46,361 bases of DNA from Lama guanicoe (taxonomy: Eukaryota). The stretch lies in assembly GCA_013239625.1 (NCBI GenBank), contig MU054129.1, positions 510,536 to 556,896 of the forward strand, read 5' to 3'. How positions within the stretch are numbered: position 1 is the stretch's first letter; every line of letters starts with the position of its first letter. The notes beneath the pieces were generated by a model. That model was given only the letters and a program-made list of their open reading frames with translations, did no database searches and was not told where the DNA came from. The position numbers were made by a program, and so were the translations under genes. Below are positions 26,660-39,882 of this stretch, piece by piece.

Positions 26660-26800
26660 TGTGCCCCTCTTCATCTGACTATTCACCCGTACCCTTTTTC
26701 CTATACTTTATAATAAACCAGTAAACATAAGTAAACGTTTCTCTGAGTTCTGCGAGGTGCTCCAGCAAGATCATCAAACCCAAGGAAGGAGTTGTGCAAT
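26660..26800 (+). mobile_element. LTR fragment, MER21-like
   Basis: ctcttcatctg...ttataataaaccagtaaacataagtaaa...ctgagttctg...aacccaagga recalled from MER21. Confidence 0.65.
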
Positions 26801-28305
26801 TCTGTAGCTCTTCTATAAAACAATGACAGTTGCTTCTACTGAAGCGATGGCAAAAAAAATGAAGCTATTCTACAGGCAGGGCCCCCCCATCTCCTCACTG
26901 GGACCAGCCCTGAGTACCTGGTATCTGCACTGTGCCACTGGAGGAAGTGTCTGTGCAGGGATGGCTGCTCTCCACCATCACAGGCTGGAAGGACAGGCGG
27001 CCACTCTGTGAGTCTGTGGTTATGTTCTCCAAGTCGGTGACAGAGCTCCAACAACATTATCAGCCACCTGTGGCAGGAAGCGGGAGACAAAGCAGGAAGA
27101 CGTCAGGATGCCAGCTCTGATCCAGACCTTTCTGCAGGGATGAGGCAGAGTGGGGCATTTGGGAGACTGAGACATCTACTTTAAATCAGGACTCGGCTTC
27201 CTCACCTTTACAATCAAGACAGCCCAGAGCTCACACAGACACTTGGAGAAATCTAGGTACAAGTAGCCAGGAGGCACCTGACACACACAAAACACCCAAC
27301 ACATACCAACTGATGAAACAAAAGGCCTCTGATTACAAGAATCTCTCTTAATACACAACCTGGTGAGGGAAGTCGGCCTCAGGAACAAAAACTATCAAGC
27401 GAAGCAGCAGCACCGTGATAAAAATGACCCAGATCCTAGAAGTTACTGCGGGTCACACAGGAGAGGGCAGGCATGGGGAGGAATGACGAAGCTTTCCAGG
27501 TCAAAGAGTGGCAGACTAAAATCAGGGCTACAAATATGAATACACGTGGGGGCGTCTCTTGACCGGAGATGTTGAGGGTCAGCCCCCAGTACCACATACT
27601 CCCTACAGTCCGTACTGTTCTGATTGCATTTTAAAGTTTTAGTGATTCACAACATTGAAATGGTTAATACTGCTGACTATAAACCCCCTGATTGCTATTT
27701 TTAAAGACAAATGACAATATATTATTGAAGTAGTAACAGTGGTGGGCTGTGCATTAAGCTTTGATGATTCAGGGGGAGACAGAAACAAAGTTGGGACTGT
27801 CTTCAAACTTTCCTGGCCAGTGGCAAGATGCTACTCCTGTGTCCCACGTTGACCTAATATTTGGGATTGTTTTTCTAAAAAGAGAAACATTTGAATTTAT
27901 AACAACAATGCCTAGATAGCAGTGATCATACTCTGTCATTAATAAAACTACTTACTAGGCTATCTGTTACCTAATATGATATGAGAAAAAAATAGATCTT
28001 ATTTCTGAAAAGTACAGAATAGAAAATAGTTTTCCAATTTTTTCTAAGTCAAAAAATTTGGAGTTTACTGTTACTACTGTAAGTTTGGGTTCAACTCTTA
28101 ACATTACAGTTCTATTTCTGTAATTTGACCTCCTGTAATTTGTAAAACACACTGCAGTATGCATTTTTCTATTTTGCAGATTAACTACCAGGACCATTAT
28201 TGTCTTTCACACTTAAAAAAATTATACTTCTTTAAAGAAGCTACTTTCAGCAAAGGTTCACTCTAACTGCAAGAAGATGCCAATCCTTCTGCAGAATGCA
28301 CTTAC

Positions 28306-28373
28306 AACAATTTAGCTGTACACACATAAGCTGTGAAAACACTACCACAATAACTATCTGTGTGTTTAGCTAT
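28306..28373 (-). other. Unassigned exon-like segment
   Basis: aag|ATAGCTAAACAC...AAATTGTT|gtaagt; 68 bp, one reading is IAKHTDSYCGSVFTAYVCTAKL; gene not recognised. Confidence 0.3.
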
Positions 28374-28419
28374 CTTTCAAATGCAAGACAAAAAGTAATC
28401 CAAAACAATAGTGACAAGA

Positions 28420-31400
28420 CAAGATTTCACAATATACAGTCCTAGTGGACACATGTTCCGGCTCACTGCCCTCAGGGTTCCCAGACCTCAGCAGAGGGAA
28501 GGCACCAGGTGGAGCCCAGTGGTCTCAGCGGGCATAGGAGGCAGGGCTCAGAGTGGGGGAGCCCGACATGGCCAAAACTCACAGTACAGGATGCAAGAGG
28601 AGAGAGTTGCCTAGAGAGCACCCTGGAGATGTGCAGGTACCCTCCTCACCCAGCTGAGGATGCAGCAGAAACTGATGGGTGCCTACATGAGAGGGCACTG
28701 CCCAAAGCCAAAGAAAGAACTGCAGGAAAGGACTGTGCTGCAGCACACCGGCTGGGTGAGCACAGAGGGCCTGGCATAGTGCCTGCTCCCATCAGACAGA
28801 TCGGAAGACCTCACAGTTCACCAGGCACTGAGTAGAACACCCAGTGGCTGGGTACAACTAGCCCCAGACTAGTATCAGGTCTGAATCCACTTAACAAATC
28901 CAAAAGCACGATCCAAAGGGATCAAACTACTACAGAGTAACTTAATTACATGAAAGCTCAAGAAAGTTTATAGACATACAAAAATCTCCAGAAACATTCA
29001 GAGTAAAATTGACAATGTACAGCATCTAACTCAAAGTTACCAGCTGGGCAGAAAGGCAGGAAAATATCTGTGATTCAGAAATAAGAAAAATCAATAAATC
29101 TCCACAATCCAGAACTGACACAGGTGTTACAACCAGCAGGCAAATTAAAATATTTATTATATCTGTATTACACATGTTGAAGAAGAGAACCAGAGACATG
29201 GAAGATACAATACCCAAATCAAATTTCTAGGGGAGGATGAGGGAGATGGGTGTAACTTAGTGGTGGAGCACATGCTTAAAATGCATGAGGTCCCAGGTTC
29301 AATTCCCAGTACCTCCACTGAAAAAACTAAATTTTTAAAATAACTTTTGACTAAACTTCAATAAAAACAAATAGTTAACAAGTGAACGAGTTTTACTTCT
29401 TTAAAAAAAGACGCTAGAGAGGAAGCTACAATGTCTGAGGCCAAAACTTTGGTAACATTAACAGCATATTAGAAAATGAAGAAAAGACTAGTTTATTTGA
29501 AGATATAGTATAGAAACTATCCAAAATGAAATACAGAAAAAAAAAAGTTAAAACATGAACAAAGTGCCAGTTTTCTGTGGGATAACTTCAGGAGACCTAA
29601 TGAAACTAGACCTCCCAAAAAAGAGACAGAAAGGTACAGGAAAAAAGTTTTTGAAGGAACAATGACTGAAAAATTTCCAAATCAGATGAGTATTATAAAC
29701 CCAAGATCCAAGAAGCATAATGAACAAGTACACAAACCATGAAGATAAAAACCAGGAAAATCAAGAGAAAATTCGAAAAATAGTCTGAGATATAACACAC
29801 GTTAGGTACAGAAGAGCAAAGATAAGAATGACAGCAAATTCTCAGTGAAAACAATGTCAACCCCAAACTTTACACCCAGTTAGAGTATACTGCGAACACA
29901 GAGCGAAATAGCAACTAGTTCAGGCATAAAGAGCTGATAGGATGAACCCAGATCTGAGCTACAAGACATAATAAAAGAAGTCCTTCAGTGAGAAGGCCAA
30001 TGATGCAGATGGAAGCATAGGTCTCCGAAGAGGAGTGAAGAGCACTGGAAAAGATAACCACATGAGTAAATACAGAGACATTCTTCTCTTAACCTAATGT
30101 GCAAAAAAATACTATCAAGTTTACAACATACACAGAAATGTATAACAACAACAGCACAAAGGTGAGGAGGGAAAAAAATAGAAATATACTAGTGTGTGAC
30201 TCATTTAGTGTAAGTGGAGTAGCACAGTATCACTACGGTAAGTTACACGTGCACGATACGCATCCTAAAGCAATCACTAAAACAGCGTAAGTTAGAGCTC
30301 AAAGAAAACAAAGACAAAATAAAATCACAAAGAACAACTAATTCAAAGAAAGGCAGAAAAAGAGAAGAGAACAATCAACAGTTAGAGAAGTAATAAAAAA
30401 ACAAATAGCAAAATACCGATAGAGATAAATAAGTTCAAATTAAAAGAATGGAAAAGATACACAATAGTTTGTCATGGTATATGGTATACCATGGTTTAAA
30501 TACTATACAGCGTTGATCAAAAGAAACGTTATTGTATCACGTTACCTATATTAATATCAGACAAATAACGATTTTAAAGTGAAAATTTCACAGCAAAGGG
30601 ATATAGCGGGTAATCAGTCAATTAATCAAGGAAAGTAAATCTCTACTTAGAAAAGAAGGAAGACCCTAAGCCAATGACCTAAGCTTCTTAGACAAAAAGA
30701 ATTAATAAACATTAGTGCTGAGATCAGTGAAACAGAAAACAGAAGAACAATGGAGAAAATCAAGGAAACCATAAGCTTGTTCTTTGGAAAAACTTAATTA
30801 AAAAAACTGAATGAAAAAGAAAATACAACATACCCAAACTGGAGACATGTAGCTAAAGCAGTGGTGAGAGGGAAATTCACAGTGCTGAGTGTTTACATTA
30901 GAAAAAGGGTCTCAAATCAGTATATAAACTCTCACCTCAAAAAACTACAAAAAGAAGAGAAAATAAACATAAAGCAAGGAGAAAGATGAGCATATAAACC
31001 AATAAACTGAAAACAGATAACAACAGAGAAAAATCAAGGAAACAAAAAGCAGCAAAACGTAGTGGGGTCTATTTAAAATATGGAAAGCTGACTCAAAATG
31101 CTGCACATGAATACCCATAGCAGGTTTTATTTGTGATAGCCAAAAACTAGAAGTAATCCAAATGTCCTTAAAAAGAGCAATTCTATTTCTACATACTAGC
31201 AAGGAGCAACTGGAATATTTCTAGGTAATAGCAAAAGATACATATAAATTTTTAAAATACCATTTTTAACAGGGTAAGAAATATGAAATAGGAATAAATA
31301 CAACAAAAGATATAAAAAGACCTGTACCCTGACACTGCAAAACGCTGCTGAGAAATAGTAACGATTTCAACAAACGGGGAGAAACACTACGTGCATGGGT

Positions 31401-32670
31401 TGGCAGATTCAATGGTGTGAAGCTGTCCCAAACTGATCTATAGTCAATGCAATCAAAATCCCAAGTAGGCTACTTGATAAAAATTGACAAGCTGATTCTA
31501 AAAGTTATATGAAAAATGCTAAGGGCCTAGAATACCCAAAACATACTGTAAAAAGAACAAAGCTAAAGAATTAGCAAAGCCTCAATTCAGTCTCTTATAA
31601 AGCTACAGTAATCAAGACCCTATGGTATTGGCATCAAAACACAAAAATAAATCAATGAAAACAGAACTGACAATCCAGAAATAGATCCACACATACATGA
31701 CAACTGATTATTGATAAAAGGACAAATTCTTTCACTAGAAAAGCAATAGTTTTTGTCAACAAATGTAACTGAAACAACCGAATATCCCTACACCAAAAAT
31801 AAATAAAATTCAACCCACACCTCACACCATGTATGAAATGTAACTCAAGTTCAAACATATGCATAAATGTCAAATGGCATAGAACTTTCATAGGAAAACC
31901 CAAAAAAAGAATCCGTATGATCTTGAGTTAGGCAAAGGTTGTTTAGACGCCAACATCCAAAGTACGACCCATAAAAGATAAAAATGGACCAACTAGACTT
32001 TATCAAAATTGAAATTTTCTGCCCTTTAAAATTCAACCTAAGAGAATGAAAAGACAAGCCACGCTGGGAGAAAATATCTGCAAATCATATATCTGATGAA
32101 AGACTTGCACCCACAATACATAAAGAATGTTCAAAACTCAATAAAACGGAAAAAAATTAGGTTTAATTACATGCAAAAGATATGAACAGATACTTCAACA
32201 GAAAATGTATCTGGATGGTAAATAAGCAAAATGCTCAACTTCATGAGTCATTAGGGAAATGCAAAATAAAACCACAATGAGATACCACTACACGTCCGTA
32301 AGAATGGCTAAAACTAAAGACTGGCCATACCAAGTAGAGACAGAAATAGGGAGGAGCTTTAGAACAAGCCCTTTGCAAAACAGTTTGTAGGTGTCTTAAG
32401 AAGATAAACATGCCTCTACCATGTGACCCAATCATTCCTCCCCTGGGTCCTTGCCCTAGAGGAGTGCAAGTGCATGTCCATCTAAGACCTGTGCACAAAT
32501 GTTCATAGCAATTTTGTTTGGACAGCCCCCAAATTGGAACAACCCAAGAGTCCGTCAACTGGCAAATGGAGGGACAGACTGCAGTACACCCATAAATAAA
32601 ATACTATTCAACAGTTGAAAAGATGTAAATCTTGATGCAATGTGGATGAATCTCAAAATAATGAGAACAG
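28420..32670 (+). mobile_element. Degraded, rearranged old L1 (5' region to 3'UTR)
   Basis: ORF1/ORF2 remnants, e.g. aaagctacagtaatcaagac, gcaaatcatatatctga, agggaaatgcaaaataaaaccacaatgagatacc. Confidence 0.8.
29241..29326 (+). mobile_element. vic-1-type SINE, diverged
   Basis: gggtgtaacttagtggtggagcacatgcttaaaatgcatgaggtcccaggttcaattcccagtacctcc. Confidence 0.82.
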
Positions 32671-32944
32671 ATTTATACCCACAGGCCTATTTGGTAAATA
32701 TTAGTTGAGTGTTCCAAGATTATAATTTAATTTAGGAAAACACTTAATGTAGAAACACATTGTATTTAGAAAAAACATCATTTAAAAGGGAAAATAAGGA
32801 TGTTTCATTTTCCTATCTGAAATGGCACTGTTACTATTTTGATATATATCCTTGTACTTTTCTTTTTCATTTGTCCCTAATTGTGTTGTCCTATGGAGGT
32901 GGTACGGTATGTATTTTACAAGCCTTTTGTGCTAAATATTTTTT

Positions 32945-33056
32945 ATTAGTTTTTAAATAAAAAATTTTAATTGTAGTAAAATATACATAAAACTTACCAT
33001 ATAACCATTTTTACGAGCGCAGTTCAGTGGCGTTAAGTATCTTTACATCATTGTGC
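32945..33056 (-). mobile_element. L1 3' end fragment
   Basis: ttgtagtaaaatatacataaaacttaccat...cagttcagtggcgttaagta. Confidence 0.7.
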
Positions 33057-33829
33057 TTGACAGCAGGACGTGTGAGACACGGAATGTGCAGAAAGTCAGA
33101 GCCCCTTTTCTTAAGTGCTGGAAATCCTAGGCAGGGTTGATGCAGCCACATGAGTGGGGTCTCCCTTCAAAAGAAGTCACTGATTCACCAAGGATGTCCC
33201 TCCAAGGCATGGGACTCACGGTGATTCTCTTACTAACATGAAACGGTATGACAGCCTTCCTGAATGACTGCAAACTTTTTGTCTCAAAATTTTCTTAAAC
33301 CAAGATGTATTAAGAAAGAGATTAGATGTCAGGTAGCCACAGAGCCTTCATACATTTCGGATTATGTACAAATTAGGGAAAACAGTACAAAGGGTCCCAT
33401 AACCCCATCAACTAGTTTGACAATTATTAATGTATGGCCCATAGGGCTCACATATCCTAAGAAACTCCAGGCAGCATGCTGTCTCAGACTTTCAGTACAT
33501 ATCACTGACATATGGGCATTTTAAAAAATATACCCACAGTACCCTTACGGCAGCTAAAACAATTACTTTTTATGTCATCTAACTGCTAGCAATGATCAGA
33601 TTTTCTGACCGGGCAACGACTTTCGCCATCAACTTTTACTCCCGCTTCTTACTAAAGCTAGTGAGGAAGAAATTTGTTTTGTTTTCTTTTCAAGCCAATC
33701 TGATAAGCAGTAAATTCAAACTGTGTACCTCTCAAGTTTTAAAATAAATACAATTATTTAATTACAAGGGAAAATGGGCTCCATGTTAGTATAGAAATGA
33801 CCCAAGAAACTCGTCTCTATCTTGCCATA

Positions 33830-33960
33830 GCTTACGGTGAAAAAGAATATGAAAATGAATGTATGTAATTCATGTATCACTGAAGCATTGTGCTGGGCAC
33901 CAGAAACTGACACATCATTGTAAACTGACTATACCTCAATTAAAAAAATAAAAAAAGAAA
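33830..33960 (+). mobile_element. Camelid-type L1 3' tail
   Basis: gaaaaagaatatgaaaatgaa...ttgtaaactgactatacctcaattaaaaaaa. Confidence 0.85.
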
Positions 33961-34024
33961 GCCATCTCCTTTGTCACTTGCAAACCATCTAACGTTAGAC
34001 GGGAACGCTATCTAATACACCTAC

Positions 34025-34116
34025 CTCTGTGCAGTCGTTCAGGAGGGACGCTGTGGTGTCGGCGGGGTTAATGTTGACTGTCTTTAATTCAATTAGGTTA
34101 TTTAGGGAATTTCCAC
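34025..34116 (-). pseudogene. HERC2: HERC2 partial duplicate, DOC-domain exon 3 (last HERC2 exon found)
   Basis: tag|(G)GNSLNNLIELKTVNINPADTTASLLNDCTE|gtagg; 92 bp open. Confidence 0.93.
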
Positions 34117-34205
34117 CTAGAAAAAAAGGGAGGATAAAGGAAATCAGACTAAGGAGTTTTTATTATAGGATAGAAGATACTTTTTGAGTAAATGAATTCA
34201 ATTAC

Positions 34206-34311
34206 CTGACACAACCACCAGAGAAAGCATGGAGCTACTGTCAGCAGGATCTACTGTCATTTTTAATCTATGAATAAGAACATTGGGGAAAGTCTCCAAA
34301 CGAATCCAATG
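34206..34311 (-). pseudogene. HERC2: HERC2 partial duplicate, DOC-domain exon 2
   Basis: aag|[35 protein letters not shown]|gtaat; 106 bp open. Confidence 0.93.
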
Positions 34312-35020
34312 CTTAAAAAAAAAAGCATTCTCAGTAAAATTCAGCTATATTTTAGCTATTAAGATAGTATCACTAAAGCTTAAGTCCAAGTAAGATTTTT
34401 AAAAAACATCATTTGGCTTTAGAGTTAGACTCTGCCTTTAAGCTGGCAGAAGCAAGAGTATTCTATTCCATTACTTGCTCATTAGAAGGAAGTTTCCCTC
34501 TAAGCCCCAGAAATGACGTGTTCATAGACTCCTAATCTAGGGCGGTCCCTTTATATCCATCAAAGAGTGGGTTATAGAAAACACGAGAGTCACGGTGGAG
34601 AAAAAAAGCCCCTTTCCCCAGGTCTACCCTGCGTGTCTGGATGATGTGCACTTACGACAGCCTTCCAAAGATCATCACATATTTGTCAGGATATATTAGA
34701 AAAACTTCTAACCAGAAGCCGAATCTGAACTTGTACATTTCACACGGGGGAGTGAATCAACATAAAACTAAACACCCTATTACACCCTCTGTCTCTTGGT
34801 CGATTAGATAAAACTCGTTACCTGTATTGTTTAAAATTTCTGACAATAAAAACTGGATGGCATATTGCTCTAACTTTAAACTAATTATGAACTAAAATAT
34901 GAAATGAGAACTGACAGGTACCATCAGAGTATAACTTAGATTCTCAAAGTTCATGTTGAAACTCTAAAAGGTAAAGTCATCCCAATCAGAGTGTGTGTGG
35001 TAGGGCCGCAGGGCACGCAC

Positions 35021-35211
35021 CTTTCCTTGCGAGCCGGAGGACAGCCAGCTGGGCGCGCTGCCAGCAATGAGACGAGAAGCCTGGTTCACAGACGACGATA
35101 CGTTTAGGCTCTTCACCATTCGCGACCAGCTGTCCGGCAGCATCCCTGGCTGACTGTTGTGACGACGCTTCAGCTGTTTTCCAGAACTGCCGCAGGATAC
35201 TGCAGACGGTC
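35021..35211 (-). pseudogene. HERC2: HERC2 partial duplicate, DOC-domain exon 1
   Basis: PSAVSCGSSGKQLKRRHNSQPGMLPDSWSRMVKSLNVSSSVNQASRLIAGSAPSWLSSGSQGK|gtgcgt; 191 bp open; expected acceptor reads AA, with an in-frame CAG 3 nt upstream. Confidence 0.93.
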
Positions 35212-35399
35212 TTACTGAATGGTGGTCAAACCGTGTTAACAGGTGTGGGACAGAACCTTTACAACCAAGAAATAAAGAATAGTAACCTCACTGTGATACT
35301 CATTTTGCAATTGTATGTGTAACAAATAATCACACCACTTTTTAAGCATCGCATCACTTTAGACTTACACGATGTCTTGTCAATTACAGCTCAGAAAAA

Positions 35400-38300
35400 G
35401 CTGGAAAAGTAATTAAAGCTCTAATAACCCAAAAGTAAATATAAAAAAACATTTATGCACGTGTAAAATTGTGTAAGATAAAAACAAAAGAATAGCTCAA
35501 AAGCAGACCAAGGGGAAACACAGAGACAGAAGAGCTAATGGAACAATAAGCACACGTCCAGCTGACTTGAGCAAAAACAATATAAACCGAATTATAATGG
35601 CACAGCAGGATTTTTCAAGTGCTGAAAAGAAGCCCCAGCAAAAATATTTTTCAAAAGCGAAGACACGCAAAATCAGAATTCATAACCACAGACATGCCTG
35701 TTCTTTAGGCAGGAGAAAAATGATGACAGATGGGAAGTGAAAGATACAGAAAGGAACAGAGAAATACTACAATATTAAGGATGTGAAAAAAACTAAACAA
35801 ATACTGATTACATAAAACAATCATTTGTATTGTTAAAAATGTGTCTGTCTAAAACTTTTAAACATAATAAATAAACATGATAATCAGAATGAGGGTAAAT
35901 GAAGTTAAGAGGATCCAACATCCTTACATTGCTTAGCAGGAGAGTACAAATAGTAACCATTAGATTTGATATGTTAAAAATGGGTATTTTAATATCTTGA
36001 CTAACTACTAATACCAAAAATGTATGTGTGTGACTTCTAAGCCAGTAAGTGTGTGATGGTGAGGGAGCTGCTAAATAATGAAGAACTTACCAGTCCAAAG
36101 GAAGATGGAACAGAGAAAGGAGAACAGAAAACAGATCACTGAGAAGTTGATCAATTTAAATACAACTATTTCAGCAACTGCTTTAAATGTAAATAATTAA
36201 AAGATCCAAATAAAAGACAAAAGATCATCACACTGGAATTAAAACAAAACAAAACAAATTATTTACAACCTCCCAGAAATACAACTACAATACAAGATTA
36301 CAGAAGGAGTGAGGGTAAAAGGGTAGAAAAAGATACAATAAGCAAACACTAACTTCCCCACAGAACTGCATGCAGGACGCACTCTTCTAGGCATGCACAC
36401 AACACGTGTAAAACCCCATCATACACTGAGTCTTAGATCATATACAAGTCTCAAAAAATGTCAAAGATCAATCAGGGTACATAATCTGAATGCAATGCAG
36501 AAATCAGTAAAAAGATAGGTAGAAAACGCCGACAAATCTGAAAATTTACAAATCAATGAATGCAAGAAAATAATTCCACCGGAATCTCTAACATACTTTC
36601 AAATGCACGATAATGAGATATTATCACACAACAGTATTGCAGGATATAGCTTAAGCTTTGCTTTTAAATAAATTTAAATATTTAAGTTCATATTAGAAAA
36701 GATAAAAGTGAGACATTGATGAGCTAATAAGGATTCAAGGATGGAGGGGTGTTGGAGGTCAATCTAGACCTAACTTCCATTAGAACAAGAAAGGAATGAT
36801 AATGATACGAGAGACAGCAATTCAGAGCCAAAAGCTGGTACTTTGAAAAGACTAATAAAATTGACAAACTCATGGCAGGCTGATCAAAAAATATAAAGTA
36901 TAGGGGTTAAAATAAAGGTGATAGCCTTGAAAAGGAGAGAGCTCTGCAGATCCTGCAGATCTCCTACATAAGATCAGAGAATATTACAAATTAGGGCTAG
37001 AAAAGAATTTCCTCAAAATACAGAAGGCTATCAGATATGAAAACCCCACAGCTAACATTATACTCTGTGCTTAAAGACTGACAGCTTCCCCCCTAAGTTT
37101 AGGAACAAGACAAGGATGCCCACCCTTGCCCCTTGTATCCACCCCAGTGCTGGAAGATCCAGCTGAAGCAACAAGGCAGGAAAAAGAAACGTGAGGCATC
37201 CAAATGGAAAGGAAGAAGTAAAACTATCTCAGTTCACAGACAAATGATCTTTCTTCTATGTAGAAAGCCCTAAAGACTCCACCAAAAGAAAACCTGTCAG
37301 AGCTAATTAATTCAGCAAAGTTGCTGGATAAAAATTCTATACACAAAATGTGCTGAAAATATGTAGTGTATGTATGCAGTGTATATTCCTACACACTAGC
37401 AACAAACCTTCCAAAAAGAAACTTTTTAAAAATAATTCAATTTAATAAAGCATGAAAAATAGAACCTTAGGAATAAATTTAACCAAGAAGGCACAGGACA
37501 TACACTGAAATCACAAAACACGGCTGAAAGAAATTAAAGATCTAAGTAAATGGAAAGCCATCCCTTGACAATTTTAGTGATATACAGATTCAATGCAATT
37601 CCTATCAAAATACTGTTTCTACAAAAGTAGAAAAATTCATCCCAAAATTTATATTCACTTCCAACAGACAATAGTCAAACAATCTTGAAAAATAATTCTG
37701 GAGGAGTCACACGGTCCCCTACAGAAGCTGTCATAACCACAGTGTGCGGTGAGGTGCTGGTGTACAGACAGGCAACTGACCAACGGGGTGGAAAGGAAAG
37801 CCCAGGGAAAAGCTCTTCCACTTATGGTCAGCTGATTTTCAGAAAAGATGCCAAGACCATTCAATGGCGAAAGGACAATCTTTTCAATAAATAGTGTTGG
37901 GAAAACTGGGTACATATGTAAAAGGATAAAATTACATGTTATACCTTACATTATATATAGCATGTACAGAAACTAACTCAAAGTGGTTCAAGGACCTAAA
38001 CTGAGGAGTTACAACTATAAACCTCTTAGAAAGAAACATAGGGTCTTATCTTTATGACTCTGGATTTAGTAATAGTTTCCTACAAGAAGTGTAAGTATGA
38101 CACCAAATGCACAGACAACGAAAGAAACAAAACATAAATTAAACTTCATTAAACTTTAAAACTTTTATGCATCACAGAATCCTATCAAGAGAGCAAAAAG
38201 ACAACCCACAGAATGGGATAAAATATTTGCAAATCACGTATCTGATAGAAGTTTACTGTCTATAATACATAAAGACCTCCTATACCTCAATAATAAAAGT

Positions 38301-39195
38301 TTGTAAATGGGCAAAGGACTTGAATTGACATGTCCTCAGAAAAGAGATACAAGTGGTAGAAAGCACGTGAAAAGAGGCTTAATGTAACTCAGGGAGGGAG
38401 GAGAGAAAGCAGGAAAGAAGGGAGGGAGGGAAGGAAAGAAGGAAGGAAAGGAGAGGGAGATGGAGGGAGACGGGGTAGAGGGGAAAGAGAGGAAGGGAGG
38501 GAGAAAAGAAAAAAAAAGAAAAGAGAAGAGGAAAGGGAAAGAAGAGAAAAGAAACAAATGTTGGTGAGGATGTGGAGAAACTGGAACCCTCATACACCGC
38601 TGAAAGAAATGTTAAACGGTGCAGCCACTGTAAAAAAACACGTTAGTAGTCCTCCCAAAAGTTAAAGAACTACCTAATGACCCAGCAATTCCACTCCTAG
38701 TTTTGTAGAAGACGGGGACTGAAACAGATTCGTACACCAATGTTGACAGCAATGTTATTCACGAGAGCTGAAACGTACAAACAGTCCAACTGTCCACAAT
38801 AGATGACTGGATAAACAGAATGTGGTATATACGTACAATTAACTACTACTCAGCCACAAAAGGAAATGAAGTTCTGACACGCTACAACATGGATGAACCC
38901 TGGAAACACAGTGCAAAGTCAGTCAGACACACAGAAAACCCAATTTTGAGTGGTTTCACTTGTAAGACATACCTAGGGTCGTCAAGTTCACAGAGACGGA
39001 AAGCAGATTAGAGGTTGCCAGGGGTTGGTAGAGGGAAGAATGGGGAATTATTCCTTAACGGATACCTTCCTAATTTGGAGTGGTGAAAACGGTTTAGAAG
39101 TAGTGGGGTTAGTGTGCAAATTCCCTTACTTATACACTTAAAACTGATCAAATTGGCAAATTTTATGTTGGATATATTCTGCTGTTGTGAAAACA
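35400..39195 (+). mobile_element. Old L1 pieces filling the HERC2 ZZ-DOC intron
   Basis: aaccccacagctaacattatact, ggaacaagacaaggatgccca, caagaccattcaatgg, 3'UTR to ~39190. Confidence 0.88.
38391..38555. repeat. Polypurine (GGAA/GGGA/GAAA) tract
   Basis: ~165 bp almost entirely A/G. Confidence 0.92.
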
Positions 39196-39519
39196 CATAC
39201 AAATAAAAAGACTAACTCTCTATTTCTCCAATTTCACATCCTATCCAACAAAACATATATTACTTTCTTGAGATCCTTTTACTGTTTTTTTATGGAAATA
39301 CAAGCAAACCCCATTATTCTAGTCCCAGTGACCCCTTCATTGCTTTGAAAAAAATAGCAATTCACCAAGTCGGTAGGACCACCTTTCCTGTTTCACTCTG
39401 CACACAGTACAGTGCTGCCCACTTAGGTACGAGCTTTAAAGACCAAAATTAAGTACCTCTGTTTCCACAATAACTACCTCACTAATAAATTTTGAGGAAA
39501 GAGAACCATTCTACCATAC

Positions 39520-39657
39520 TTCGCTCATTTATTCTGCTAAATGTATGCCTGCTGTTGTGTTTCCTGGTTTTGAAACACATTTCACAAAAATCAAATTAAT
39601 CAGTTTCTGCATTTGAATCAAGATCCATTGATAGGAAACATCTGACAGTGATCCCAC
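39520..39657 (-). pseudogene. HERC2: HERC2 partial duplicate, ZZ zinc-finger exon (disabled)
   Basis: CQMFPINGS*FKCRN..FDFCEMCFKTRKHNSRHTFSRINE; premature TGA and a 2-bp deletion; tag/gt flanks present. Confidence 0.93.
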
Positions 39658-39772
39658 CTATTTTTAAAATAGCCATTGAGTTGATAAGAAAAAGATGAGG
39701 TCATTTGTTAAACTTGATTCTGAAGAAAGCCATTCCTCCCAAGTGAATCTAGTAATACAAAACTCAAAACTC

Positions 39773-39882
39773 GTGAAAGCCAGGATGGACACTGGGTACC
39801 AACTCCATGTCTCGTAAGAGCCCAGTCCAGTGAGACTGCTGAGGGAAGTTGACAGTAATGTCTTTCCCGTTGACACTGAAAG
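39773..39882 (-). pseudogene. HERC2: HERC2 partial duplicate exon (AFSVNGKDITVNFPQQSHWTGLLRDMELVPSVHPG)
   Basis: Matches HERC2 AFSANGKDIIVDFPQQSHWTGLLSEMELVPSIHPG; acceptor tag intact, no GT at the expected donor. Confidence 0.93.
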
